Shown piece after piece: positions 40,620 to 49,353 of a stretch of 64,000 nucleotides of DNA. Within the stretch, counting starts at the first letter, position 1. Each line of letters begins with the position of its first letter. Where the stretch lies: assembly GCA_043778995.1 (NCBI GenBank), contig JAYWFC010000052.1, positions 6,914 to 70,913 on the forward strand, written 5' to 3'. The DNA is from Aestuariivirga sp. (GTDB lineage Bacteria; Pseudomonadota; Alphaproteobacteria; Rhizobiales; Aestuariivirgaceae). The notes beneath the pieces are model-generated. The model made no database searches. It was not told the origin of the DNA and saw only the letters and a list, made by a program, of their open reading frames with translations. A program made the position numbers and the translations under genes.

Positions 40620-42041
40620 TTAACCGGTAATACGCATGGCCAGAAGTTTGTTGGCAATATTGGCAAATGCCGAGTCTAGCGACTGTGTGTCACCATCAAT
40701 CACATGTGAAGCATCGGTTGCGCAATTGTTGATCAACGAAACGCGTTGAGCTTGGGTTTTATCCAATTGGAAAGAAATCACATAAACTTCAATGCCAGCG
40801 GCTTTGATGGCCGAGCACATGCTCGTGGCCTGCGTGTAAGAATTGCCGTTGCTTGCCGCCATGTTAATGTGATCTGTGGGTGAACCACTACCAGAAACAG
40901 TAGGGGCGCCCGAAATTACGCCATTGGCATAGGATGAGTTGTATTCACCATCGGTCATCAGAATCAATACTTTAGACACTTTTTGTGCCACAACGGTGGT
41001 TGTCAGCTTATCATAAGTGGCAGGAGCACTGGCACCCGACCACAACCCAATATTGGGTGACAAAGCATACCAACCCCAGGCAATACCAACCTGGCCCGCA
41101 GTAGAATTGCTCGCTGTCATGGCGTTGATGGAATTGGTCAAAGTGGTTTTATCGGTTGAAAGAGGCGTCATTTGCGTGACCGAGCAGGGGTTGCCACTGG
41201 GCGCATATTGGCGACCCAGAGGGAATAATAAGACTGAAGAGTCTGTATAGGCATTCACCCCCGTGCGTTCAGTAACGCAATTGGTCACAGAAAGCGTTTG
41301 CGTAATCGGAACGCCGTTGCTGGTTGTGTTGCCATTGCTATCAAATGATGGAAATTTATAATTTTGATACCCGGGCACAACTCCAGTGCCTGCTAAAATG
41401 CCGCCGCGCGCGGTCGCTGCCATCGCGGCACCCACGTTAACGCCGTTGTTATAGGGGACCAGTGCAATCTTGGTGTAAAAATTGCCTTGCGTTGCAGGCA
41501 TGACTTGCGACACGAATTTTGCGGCAGCCGTTCTTAAACTGCCAATCGCGTTGCCCGTATTCATTGAATTTGTGTTATCCAGCACGAGCGATACTTCAAG
41601 ATTAAGCCCTGAGCGTTGCACGTTGGATGTGGCTGTCACTGTCAGATCTGTCTGTCCAACAATCGACATGAACCACGTTTTCATGGCCGCTTGGCCTTGA
41701 ACCTGAACTGTCGAACTGGTCGTATCAAAATGTGCGGTATAGCTCGATAAAGCCGCATCACCCCCGTTGTTATAGTTCGCCAACACATAAGGCTTAGAAT
41801 TTGTGGTCAGATAACTATCATCGGTGGATGTGAGCGAGGCTGCATAAAGAGCAGCCGAGTCAAGCGAGGCTTGCAGCATTGTTTTGGCGTTGATGGCGCG
41901 CTCATAATCAATGGCGGCACCGCCCGCCAAAAACAGCGGCACAGCAGCAATACCGAACATCACCGACACATTGCCGAGATCCTGTTTGAACAACGTTTGC
42001 AACCGACGCAGCAAACCAAACTTTTTCAAAGATAAACCCAT
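40620..42041 (-). CDS. TadG/TadE-like N-terminus plus von Willebrand factor A domain protein (orphan pilus-associated/adhesin-like)
   Basis: N-terminal LGNVSVMFGIAAVPLFLAGGAAIDY (TadE/G-like pseudopilin segment). VWA-like core LEVSLVLDNTNSM ... ILMTDGEYN. Thr/Ser/Asn/Gly-rich. Confidence 0.7.
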   Translation of the reverse strand: MGLSLKKFGLLRRLQTLFKQDLGNVSVMFGIAAVPLFLAGGAAIDYERAINAKTMLQASLDSAALYAASLTSTDDSYLTTNSKPYVLANYNNGGDAALSSYTAHFDTTSSTVQVQGQAAMKTWFMSIVGQTDLTVTATSNVQRSGLNLEVSLVLDNTNSMNTGNAIGSLRTAAAKFVSQVMPATQGNFYTKIALVPYNNGVNVGAAMAATARGGILAGTGVVPGYQNYKFPSFDSNGNTTSNGVPITQTLSVTNCVTERTGVNAYTDSSVLLFPLGRQYAPSGNPCSVTQMTPLSTDKTTLTNSINAMTASNSTAGQVGIAWGWYALSPNIGLWSGASAPATYDKLTTTVVAQKVSKVLILMTDGEYNSSYANGVISGAPTVSGSGSPTDHINMAASNGNSYTQATSMCSAIKAAGIEVYVISFQLDKTQAQRVSLINNCATDASHVIDGDTQSLDSAFANIANKLLAMRITG

Positions 42042-42175
42042 GGCAAAACAACTCCTATCACACCGAGATTGCAGTGATAGACAAGACCTCTGAACAACCC
42101 CTTGCGCGGATTGGTTGCTTTTTAGTTATTTCTCAGTGGCTTAAAAAGCTTGGGAACAGGGTTAACAACCTATTT

Positions 42176-43825
42176 TTACATATTTGGATAGTTTGGCCCC
42201 TCGCCGCCTTGCGGCACAACCCACGTTATATTTTGCGATGGGTCTTTAATATCGCAGGTTTTGCAATGAACGCAGTTTTGGTGATTGATCTGAAATTTAG
42301 GCTCTTGGCCCTCAACCCGCACCACTTCATAAACCCCCGCTGGGCAATAGCGTTGGGCTGGTTCATCCCACATGGGTAAATTCACGCCAATGGGAATGTC
42401 CTTATCTTTCAATTTAAGATGAGCGGGCTCATCTTCCTCATGCGCAGTGGCTGAAAATGCCACGTTCGTTAATCGGTCAAACGACAACACACCATCGGGT
42501 TTCGGGTAAGAAATGGGTTTGCTTGTCGCTGCGGGCTTTAAGGTTGCATAGTCAGGTTTGCCATGTTTCCACGTGCCCAAACCAAATCCAAACAGGGTGT
42601 TCAGCCACATATCGGCAGCACCCAACACAGCACCGCCCAAAAGACCAAGTTTTGACCACATAGGTTTCACATTCTTGACCTTTTTCAAGTCGGCATAAAC
42701 CCAAGAATTTTCATAAGCCTTTTGATAGGCATCCAAAGTGTCACCTGAACGCCCTGCGGCCAAAGCGGCCACAGCTTGTTCTGCCGCCAACATTCCGGTC
42801 TTCATAGCATTATGAGATCCCTTGATGCGCGGCACATTCACAAAGCCTGCCGAACAGCCAATGAGTGCACCACCCGGAAAGGCCAGTTTTGGTACAGATT
42901 GAAAACCACCTTCAGTAATCGCTCGCGCGCCGTAAGCCACGCGCCGCCCACCCTCTAAAGTTTTGGCAATCAGCGGATGATGTTTAAAACGCTGAAATTC
43001 CATATACGGAAAAAGATGTGGGTTTTGATAATTCAAATGAACCACAAAACCGACAGATACTAAATTGTCTTCTAAGTGATACATGAATGAACCGCCGCCG
43101 GTTTTCATGCCCAAGGGCCAACCCATGCTGTGGGTCACTTGGCCCGGCTTGTGATTTTCGGGCTTCACTTCCCAAAGCTCTTTCATGCCAAGCCCAAATT
43201 TCTGCGGTTCGCGGCCTTCAGACAAATTATATTTGGCAATAATTTCTTTAGCCAATGAACCGCGCACACCCTCAGCAATAAAAATATACTTGCCGATAAG
43301 TTCCATACCCGGCTGATAATCAGGCTTATGCGTGCCGTCCTTGGCAATGCCCATAACGCCCGCCACAACACCGCGAACCGAACCATCTTCACGGTAGAGC
43401 ACCTCAGAGGCAGCAAAGCCCGGATAAATTTCAACGCCTAGGCTTTCAGCTTGCGTGGCAAGCCAGCGGCACACGTTGCCAAGCGATACGACATAGTTGC
43501 CATGGTTGCTCATCAACGGTGGCATCAAAAAATTGGGCAAGCGCAAAGCACCTGATGGGCCCAAAACATAAAATCGATCTTCAACAACGGGCGTGTTCAG
43601 CGGCGCACCCTTGTCTTTCCAATCGGGGATCAATTCATTCAAAGCAATGGGGTCGATCACCGCGCCTGATAAAATATGTGCGCCAACTTCAGAGCCTTTT
43701 TCAAGAACGCAAACGGATGTTTCCGGCGAAAGCTGTTTCACGCGAATGGCGGCCGATAAGCCCGCAGGCCCCGCCCCCACAATCACCACATCATAGTCCA
43801 TTGCTTCACGTTGAATATCGGTCAC
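42176..43825 (-). CDS. Electron-transfer flavoprotein:ubiquinone oxidoreductase (ETF-QO)
   Basis: FAD motif DVVIVGAGPAGLSAA and a C-terminal 4Fe-4S region CPAGVYE ... NCVHCKTCDIKDP. GTG 43825 (GGAG 8 nt upstream) preferred over TTG 43852. Confidence 0.93.
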   Translation of the reverse strand: MTDIQREAMDYDVVIVGAGPAGLSAAIRVKQLSPETSVCVLEKGSEVGAHILSGAVIDPIALNELIPDWKDKGAPLNTPVVEDRFYVLGPSGALRLPNFLMPPLMSNHGNYVVSLGNVCRWLATQAESLGVEIYPGFAASEVLYREDGSVRGVVAGVMGIAKDGTHKPDYQPGMELIGKYIFIAEGVRGSLAKEIIAKYNLSEGREPQKFGLGMKELWEVKPENHKPGQVTHSMGWPLGMKTGGGSFMYHLEDNLVSVGFVVHLNYQNPHLFPYMEFQRFKHHPLIAKTLEGGRRVAYGARAITEGGFQSVPKLAFPGGALIGCSAGFVNVPRIKGSHNAMKTGMLAAEQAVAALAAGRSGDTLDAYQKAYENSWVYADLKKVKNVKPMWSKLGLLGGAVLGAADMWLNTLFGFGLGTWKHGKPDYATLKPAATSKPISYPKPDGVLSFDRLTNVAFSATAHEEDEPAHLKLKDKDIPIGVNLPMWDEPAQRYCPAGVYEVVRVEGQEPKFQINHQNCVHCKTCDIKDPSQNITWVVPQGGEGPNYPNM

Positions 43826-43903
43826 GAAATAAGCTCCAAAGTTTGCGCCCAAGGCTTAACTGTTATAGAGTGTTGGTGATTAAGAAAAGCAGCCAATTTA
43901 GAC

Positions 43904-44656
43904 ATGGATCAGCGGCCAAACGACCCAATTTCACCAAGTGCCAGCGAAGTGTTCGGCTGGCTTATTGCCATGGGTGCCGATGAGATTATTTTAGAACAGC
44001 CGGTTGATCGTTTTGCCGCACCTGTTGTGGCTGAAAAACCCAAAGCTATTCAAGCCTCCCAGAATGTAAAATCCAGTGCAGCTGTGGCTAATTCCAGTGG
44101 TGCAGAGAATTGCAACACACTGGCCGAACTAACCCAAGCGCTCAATTATTTTGAAACGCACCCTTTGCGCAAATCAGCTACCCAGCTCAGCTTTTTTGAA
44201 GGGCCTGAAGATGCGCAAATTCTGCTTCTCTCCGACAGGCCGCGCAATGAAGAAGATCGATCGGGCATGGTTTTTGCCGGCAAGGCGCGCGCATTGCTCG
44301 AAAATATGTTGGCAGCCATTGATCTTAAAATTGCCGATGTGGCGATGATCAATCTCATTCCATGGCGGCCACCAGGCAACCGCAGTCCCACTGAAAATGA
44401 AATCAATCTGGCTTTGCCTTTTGCCAAGCGCGCACTTCAACTTTTAAAGCCCAAATTCATTTTGGCTTTCAGTTCTGTGCCCGGCCAATATCTTGCGGGC
44501 GGTGACCCATCAATCCTGCGCCAACGCGGCAAATGGCAAAATCTGAATGAGGCGATGATGCTGGCAACCTTGCACCCCGATGAGCTTTTAAAATTTCCCC
44601 TGCATAAAAAAATGGCGTGGCGCGATTTGCAATTGTTCAGAGACAGACTGTTATGA
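43904..44656 (+). CDS. Uracil-DNA glycosylase superfamily (family 4-like) protein with a divergent motif
   Basis: UDG-fold core ILLLSDRPRNEEDRSGMVFAGKARALLENML and a C-terminal LATLHPDELL (HP motif), plus an N-terminal extension of about 90 aa. Confidence 0.7.
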   Translation: MDQRPNDPISPSASEVFGWLIAMGADEIILEQPVDRFAAPVVAEKPKAIQASQNVKSSAAVANSSGAENCNTLAELTQALNYFETHPLRKSATQLSFFEGPEDAQILLLSDRPRNEEDRSGMVFAGKARALLENMLAAIDLKIADVAMINLIPWRPPGNRSPTENEINLALPFAKRALQLLKPKFILAFSSVPGQYLAGGDPSILRQRGKWQNLNEAMMLATLHPDELLKFPLHKKMAWRDLQLFRDRLL

Positions 44657-45183
44657 CCGAGCGTGAATTTTTAAGCATTGGCATCGCTGTGATGACGATT
44701 TCAGACACCCGCGTTTTAGCAGATGATAAATCTGGCCAAACATTGGTTGATCGCATTCGTGAAGCGGGCCATCGCTTGGCGGGCCGTGTTATTGTGAAGG
44801 ATGATATTCGTGCCATTAGAGCCGCCACCAGAAAATTCGCTGCCGATACAACTGTGGACGCAATTATTTCAACCGGCGGCACAGGCCTTACAGGGCGTGA
44901 CGTTACAATCGAAGCCATGCGCCCGCTTTTTGAAAAAGAAATTGAAGGCTTCGGCGTTATTTTTCATATGATCAGTTTTGCCAAAATCAAAACCTCAACC
45001 ATTCAATCACGGGCAACCGCAGGCCTTGTCAAAGGCAAATATGTATTTTGCCTGCCCGGCAGCCCCGGCGCCTGCCGCGATGGTTGGGATGAGATTTTAG
45101 TTCACCAACTCGACTATCGCCATAAGCCCTGCAACTTTGTAGAGATTATGCCGCGGTTGGACGAAGGTCTTAGAAGAAAATAA
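44653..45183 (+). CDS. moaB: Molybdenum cofactor biosynthesis protein B
   Basis: AVMTISDTR ... DKSG and ISTGGTGLTGRD motifs. ATGA overlap with the upstream gene. Confidence 0.85.
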   Translation: MTEREFLSIGIAVMTISDTRVLADDKSGQTLVDRIREAGHRLAGRVIVKDDIRAIRAATRKFAADTTVDAIISTGGTGLTGRDVTIEAMRPLFEKEIEGFGVIFHMISFAKIKTSTIQSRATAGLVKGKYVFCLPGSPGACRDGWDEILVHQLDYRHKPCNFVEIMPRLDEGLRRK

Positions 45184-45185
45184 GA

Positions 45186-46061
45186 TTACCCAGGCGCACT
45201 CGTCGTTTTTGGTATTTTGATCAACCCGTTCACAATCGCCAAGCCCAACATCAAAACGCCACCGCCAAGATATTGCACGGGAGTAATTGTTTCGCCCAAA
45301 AACACCACTGCCGTCACTAAGCCAACGGGCGTCATCAACAGCACAAAGGGCACAACTTCATCAACCCGCATGATTTTCAGGGCTGAAAACCATGTGGCGT
45401 AAGCCAAATAAAATCCAACAAAGCCCACAAACAATAATAACATCCACATTGAAAACGTGGCGGTTTGCATTGCATCTAATTGACCATGTTCCAACACCAG
45501 AGTGGCCAACAACAATTGCGGCACACTATAATAAGCATTGGCCTTGAGAATCATCAGGCCGGAGTCTTTTGAATAAAGCCTGGCAAAAACTTGCCCCGCT
45601 GCCCAAACAAAGCCGCTCAGCACAATCATCAAAACTGGAATCAAGGGTGGTCTGTTTTCAGGAAGCCCAATAACAATTGCCACGCCCAAAATTGCGATCA
45701 AAGTGCCAATCACTTTTGCCGTATCAAGCTGCTCTCCAGCAATAAGCCAGCCCATAATCACAGCGGCCGGAACCTGCGTTTGCAGCACCAAATTGGCGGT
45801 TGTGGCTTCCACATTGCGCACCGCATAAAACAGCAAGGCACCCTGAATTGTAACAGCCAACGCCGAGATCAGCAACATATGCGGCCAAGGTGTTTGAAAA
45901 CGTTCGTGTTGGGTTATTGCCATGATGGCCGCAATGCCAACATAAACCATCAGCATCAAAAAAAGTGGGGGGAAATGTTGCACAACGGGCTTGGCTAAAG
46001 TGATGCTCGTACCCCAACACAGTGGAGCTATCAAAACTAAACTTAAGTTTTTGAGATTCAT
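45186..46061 (-). CDS. EamA/DMT-family transporter
   Basis: About 10 TM segments with duplicated EamA-like halves. 291 aa. Confidence 0.8.
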   Translation of the reverse strand: MNLKNLSLVLIAPLCWGTSITLAKPVVQHFPPLFLMLMVYVGIAAIMAITQHERFQTPWPHMLLISALAVTIQGALLFYAVRNVEATTANLVLQTQVPAAVIMGWLIAGEQLDTAKVIGTLIAILGVAIVIGLPENRPPLIPVLMIVLSGFVWAAGQVFARLYSKDSGLMILKANAYYSVPQLLLATLVLEHGQLDAMQTATFSMWMLLLFVGFVGFYLAYATWFSALKIMRVDEVVPFVLLMTPVGLVTAVVFLGETITPVQYLGGGVLMLGLAIVNGLIKIPKTTSAPG

Positions 46062-46137
46062 CGCTTTATTTGGCGGGTATTTTTAAAATACGCAAGAATG
46101 TTCTTGTTTTGTACACATTTTATGTTATGTTTGTTTC

Positions 46138-47274
46138 ATGGCAACGCTTTTGAACATTTCGCGCTCATCGGGCCTTGATATTGGGGTCATGGGAACTGGT
46201 AAATTAACTTCACTGCCTCAGTTGGAGCGCGGTCGCGGTGCCAAAAGCAATGAGGCATCTCGTTTTGATCAGCACAGCGCCGAATTCGTGGATGACGGTT
46301 GGTCGACACTGGCCGAACTTCCGCGCCTGAAGACTGAGATTTTCACCGAAACACCTAAATCCATCATTTCACGCAACACGTCGCCGGATATTTCATTTGA
46401 TCGTTCGATCAATCCTTATCGTGGCTGTGAACATGGCTGCGTCTATTGTTATGCGAGGCCTTCCCACGCCTATATGGGGCTTTCTCCCGGGCTTGATTTT
46501 GAATCAAAGCTTTTTATCAAGCCGAACGCCGCTCAACTTCTTCGCGAGGAATTAACCGCGACCAACTATCAGGCACGAACCTTGGCCTTGGGTGCCAACA
46601 CTGATCCTTATCAACCCATTGAGCGTGATTATCGCATTACCCGCGCGGTGATTGAAGTTTTGAATGAATTTCATCACCCCTTTGGCATTGTCACAAAATC
46701 AGCAACTGTATTGCGCGATATTGATCTTCTCAAACCGATGGCTGAAAAAGGTTTGGTAAAAGTGGCAATTTCCATAACAACGCTTGATGGCAAGCTTGCC
46801 CGAGAGATGGAGCCTCGGGCCTCCACACCCATGAAGCGCTTGGCGGCCTTAGAGATTTTGAGCAAGGCTGGCATTCCCACAGTGGTGATGATGGGCCCCA
46901 TCATTCCGGGTTTGAATGATATTGAGATTGAAAATATTTTAAAAGCCGCACGAAATTCTGGTGTGCGCGAGGCTGGCTACACCATGTTGCGCCTGCCTTT
47001 GGAAGTGAAAGATATTTTCAAAGACTGGCTTGAAAAAACCTATCCCGATAAGGCCCAACGCATCATGTCTTTGGTTAAATCCACCCGTGGCGGCCAAGAC
47101 AATGATCCAAACTTTGGCACCCGCATGACAGGCCAAGGTCCCTATGCGTGGACGATTGGGCGAAGATTTCAATTGGCCTGCCAACGCTTGGGGCTCAATG
47201 AAAACCGCGTAAAATTGCGCACCGATTTGTTTAATCGCCCTGTGCAAAAAGGCGAACAGATGGCTCTGTTTTAG
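46138..47274 (+). CDS. PA0069-family radical SAM protein (SplB-like)
   Basis: CxxxCxxC cluster YRGCEHGCVYCYARPSH. 378 aa. Confidence 0.85.
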   Translation: MATLLNISRSSGLDIGVMGTGKLTSLPQLERGRGAKSNEASRFDQHSAEFVDDGWSTLAELPRLKTEIFTETPKSIISRNTSPDISFDRSINPYRGCEHGCVYCYARPSHAYMGLSPGLDFESKLFIKPNAAQLLREELTATNYQARTLALGANTDPYQPIERDYRITRAVIEVLNEFHHPFGIVTKSATVLRDIDLLKPMAEKGLVKVAISITTLDGKLAREMEPRASTPMKRLAALEILSKAGIPTVVMMGPIIPGLNDIEIENILKAARNSGVREAGYTMLRLPLEVKDIFKDWLEKTYPDKAQRIMSLVKSTRGGQDNDPNFGTRMTGQGPYAWTIGRRFQLACQRLGLNENRVKLRTDLFNRPVQKGEQMALF

Positions 47275-47277
47275 GCT

Positions 47278-48087
47278 TTAAACATCCCAAACCGGGCACC
47301 AAGCCCCATTCACCAAACGACGGCCTTCATCATAGGTGCGGATCAAAGCAATCTCATCAGCTGAAAGCTTCAAGTTCTGGGCCTCAAAATTGCTTTTGAT
47401 GCGAGCAGGGTTTGATGATGATGGAATAACGATATGCCCCTCTGCCAACAGAAAAGCCAAGCCCACTTGTTCAGGCGTTGCATCATATTTTTTTCCAATC
47501 GCAATCAAGCCCGCATGGGTGGAAAGTGCGCCCCGCGCCAAGGGAGAATAAGCCGTGGTTGAAATGCCTTTGGCGCGTGTATATTCCACAATCACGCGGT
47601 TCTGCATAAGCACATGACATTCCACTTGGTTGGTGGCAATAGGTCGCTTGCCTAAAATGGCCATCGCTGCATCAAGATATTTCTTAGTGAAGTTTGAAAC
47701 TCCAATCTGCTTGGCCAAGCCTAAGTCATAAACTTCTGCAAATTGCGCTACATAATCACTCACATCATATTGGTCTTTGACAGAAGGCCAATGCAGCAAA
47801 AGCAGATCAACTTTATCAACCCGCAATTTATCAAGTGACACTTTTACATGCGGCAAAATCTGTCCAGGCCCATAACTCTCCGGTGCCACTTTGGTTGTGA
47901 TAAAAACATCATTGCGAGCAACACCAGATTCAGCAATCGCCTTGCCCACAAATTCTTCGTTTTTATAACCCTCTGCGGTGTCGATATGCCGATAGCCCAC
48001 ATCGAGAGCCGCCCGCACCGTGCGATAAGCCTCATCGCCATCGCGGTTCCAAGTACCAAAGCCAAAAGTGGGGATAGAGTTTGTCAT
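47278..48087 (-). CDS. Aldo/keto reductase (2,5-diketo-D-gluconate reductase-like)
   Basis: FGFGTW ... YRHIDTAEGYKNE ... LLLHWP motifs. Start at ATG 48087. Confidence 0.88.
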   Translation of the reverse strand: MTNSIPTFGFGTWNRDGDEAYRTVRAALDVGYRHIDTAEGYKNEEFVGKAIAESGVARNDVFITTKVAPESYGPGQILPHVKVSLDKLRVDKVDLLLLHWPSVKDQYDVSDYVAQFAEVYDLGLAKQIGVSNFTKKYLDAAMAILGKRPIATNQVECHVLMQNRVIVEYTRAKGISTTAYSPLARGALSTHAGLIAIGKKYDATPEQVGLAFLLAEGHIVIPSSSNPARIKSNFEAQNLKLSADEIALIRTYDEGRRLVNGAWCPVWDV

Positions 48088-48247
48088 GTCTGTGAATGTC
48101 TCTGTTTCAAGTGAAGTAACTATATAGTTATTTAATGCATGACACAAGGTGTTCATTGCGGACACATCTCAAGGAATAAATGCACAATATTGGAGGTTGA
48201 TAAAAAATACAATTTTTGCAAATATTTGATGACCAAATGAAAGGTCA

Positions 48248-49348
48248 ATGATTGTGACTATGAATGCGCTCTTTGCTTTCTCAAAAGCCAACAGGTTCAC
48301 AATTCAGGCTGTGCTCTTTGTAGCGTTCATCCTCATCCTTGGGCATGATATTCCTGAGCCTGCCCTTTCTTATTTCCGGTTCGGGCAAGCCGTTAAGCCA
48401 ATATGGCATTCCATTTATTGGCAAGGAATTCCAATTTGGACAGAAATTATCTTAGCGGTTGAAGCATATTTGCTCGTCGACAAATGGCTAAAGAAAGTGC
48501 CGCCCCACCATTTCAAACACGCCAACCCATTCAATCCTTACATCGTCTGTGCTGCAATGATTTTTACTTTCATAAGCACATTCTTCGAGTGGAAAACCAT
48601 CCTCAATTTTGTTGAACGCGGACAAGAAATAGAAACATATAGTCTCATTAGTGCAGCGCTCGTTTCAGTCGGTGGCGTCAGTCTCGCCATATTACTCGGC
48701 CAAATCATAGACAAAATCTGGACTGGATATGGTTTTTGGTGCGTCTATATTTTAAATTATCAAAACGACATTGCAAATCAGTTGATCAAATACCTTTTCT
48801 TCCCGCTGGCTCAACTCAAAACTTTGTTAAGCCAACAACTTGCCATAATAGCCGTAATATCAATTTTGTTGGTTGTGGTTTTTCTATTGCAATTCCATCG
48901 CAAAGCCAGTCAAGGCGATTGGCTTTCGATCATCTTTCTATCTATCTTACCGCCCTATGTTTCAGGCTGGCTCTACAAATTTATCCAATGGGTCTATTGG
49001 TATGCTGGCAATGTTGATCTCTTTGACGCATCCAAAGGACAACCTTGGTTTCTCTCTAATTGGCAGGAATTTTATTTTGTAACAGAAATCATCTTAACCA
49101 TCCTACTAGGAAGCTTCCTTAGCTTCCGAGGTGTGGATCGTGCCATCAAACTTGTCTATATAATTGCCATGCTAGCAAGACTTCTGCTGATCCATTTCTT
49201 AAATCGCTCTCAGATAAGGTTGAGCCTTCTCGATGGGCCAGACTTACTTGTGGCTGCATATGCAACGCTAGAAATTCACGACCATTGGATTGAATTTTGC
49301 AGGACACAAAAAATAAAAGCAACCTTAAGACGCAGAAAAACGATTTGA
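48248..49348 (+). CDS. Hypothetical polytopic membrane protein (about 9-10 TM, aromatic-rich) with no family recognised
   Basis: Long uninterrupted ORF containing repeated hydrophobic 18-22 aa segments. GC is visibly lower (about 41-42% in the lines I counted) than in flanking genes (about 50%). Confidence 0.6.
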   Translation: MIVTMNALFAFSKANRFTIQAVLFVAFILILGHDIPEPALSYFRFGQAVKPIWHSIYWQGIPIWTEIILAVEAYLLVDKWLKKVPPHHFKHANPFNPYIVCAAMIFTFISTFFEWKTILNFVERGQEIETYSLISAALVSVGGVSLAILLGQIIDKIWTGYGFWCVYILNYQNDIANQLIKYLFFPLAQLKTLLSQQLAIIAVISILLVVVFLLQFHRKASQGDWLSIIFLSILPPYVSGWLYKFIQWVYWYAGNVDLFDASKGQPWFLSNWQEFYFVTEIILTILLGSFLSFRGVDRAIKLVYIIAMLARLLLIHFLNRSQIRLSLLDGPDLLVAAYATLEIHDHWIEFCRTQKIKATLRRRKTI

Positions 49349-49353
49349 AACGC

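Noticed and set aside
42100-42175. Terminator downstream of ETF-QO
   Set aside because: Only 4-bp stems (GCTT/AAGC and GGTT/AACC) are present. This is not a convincing intrinsic terminator.
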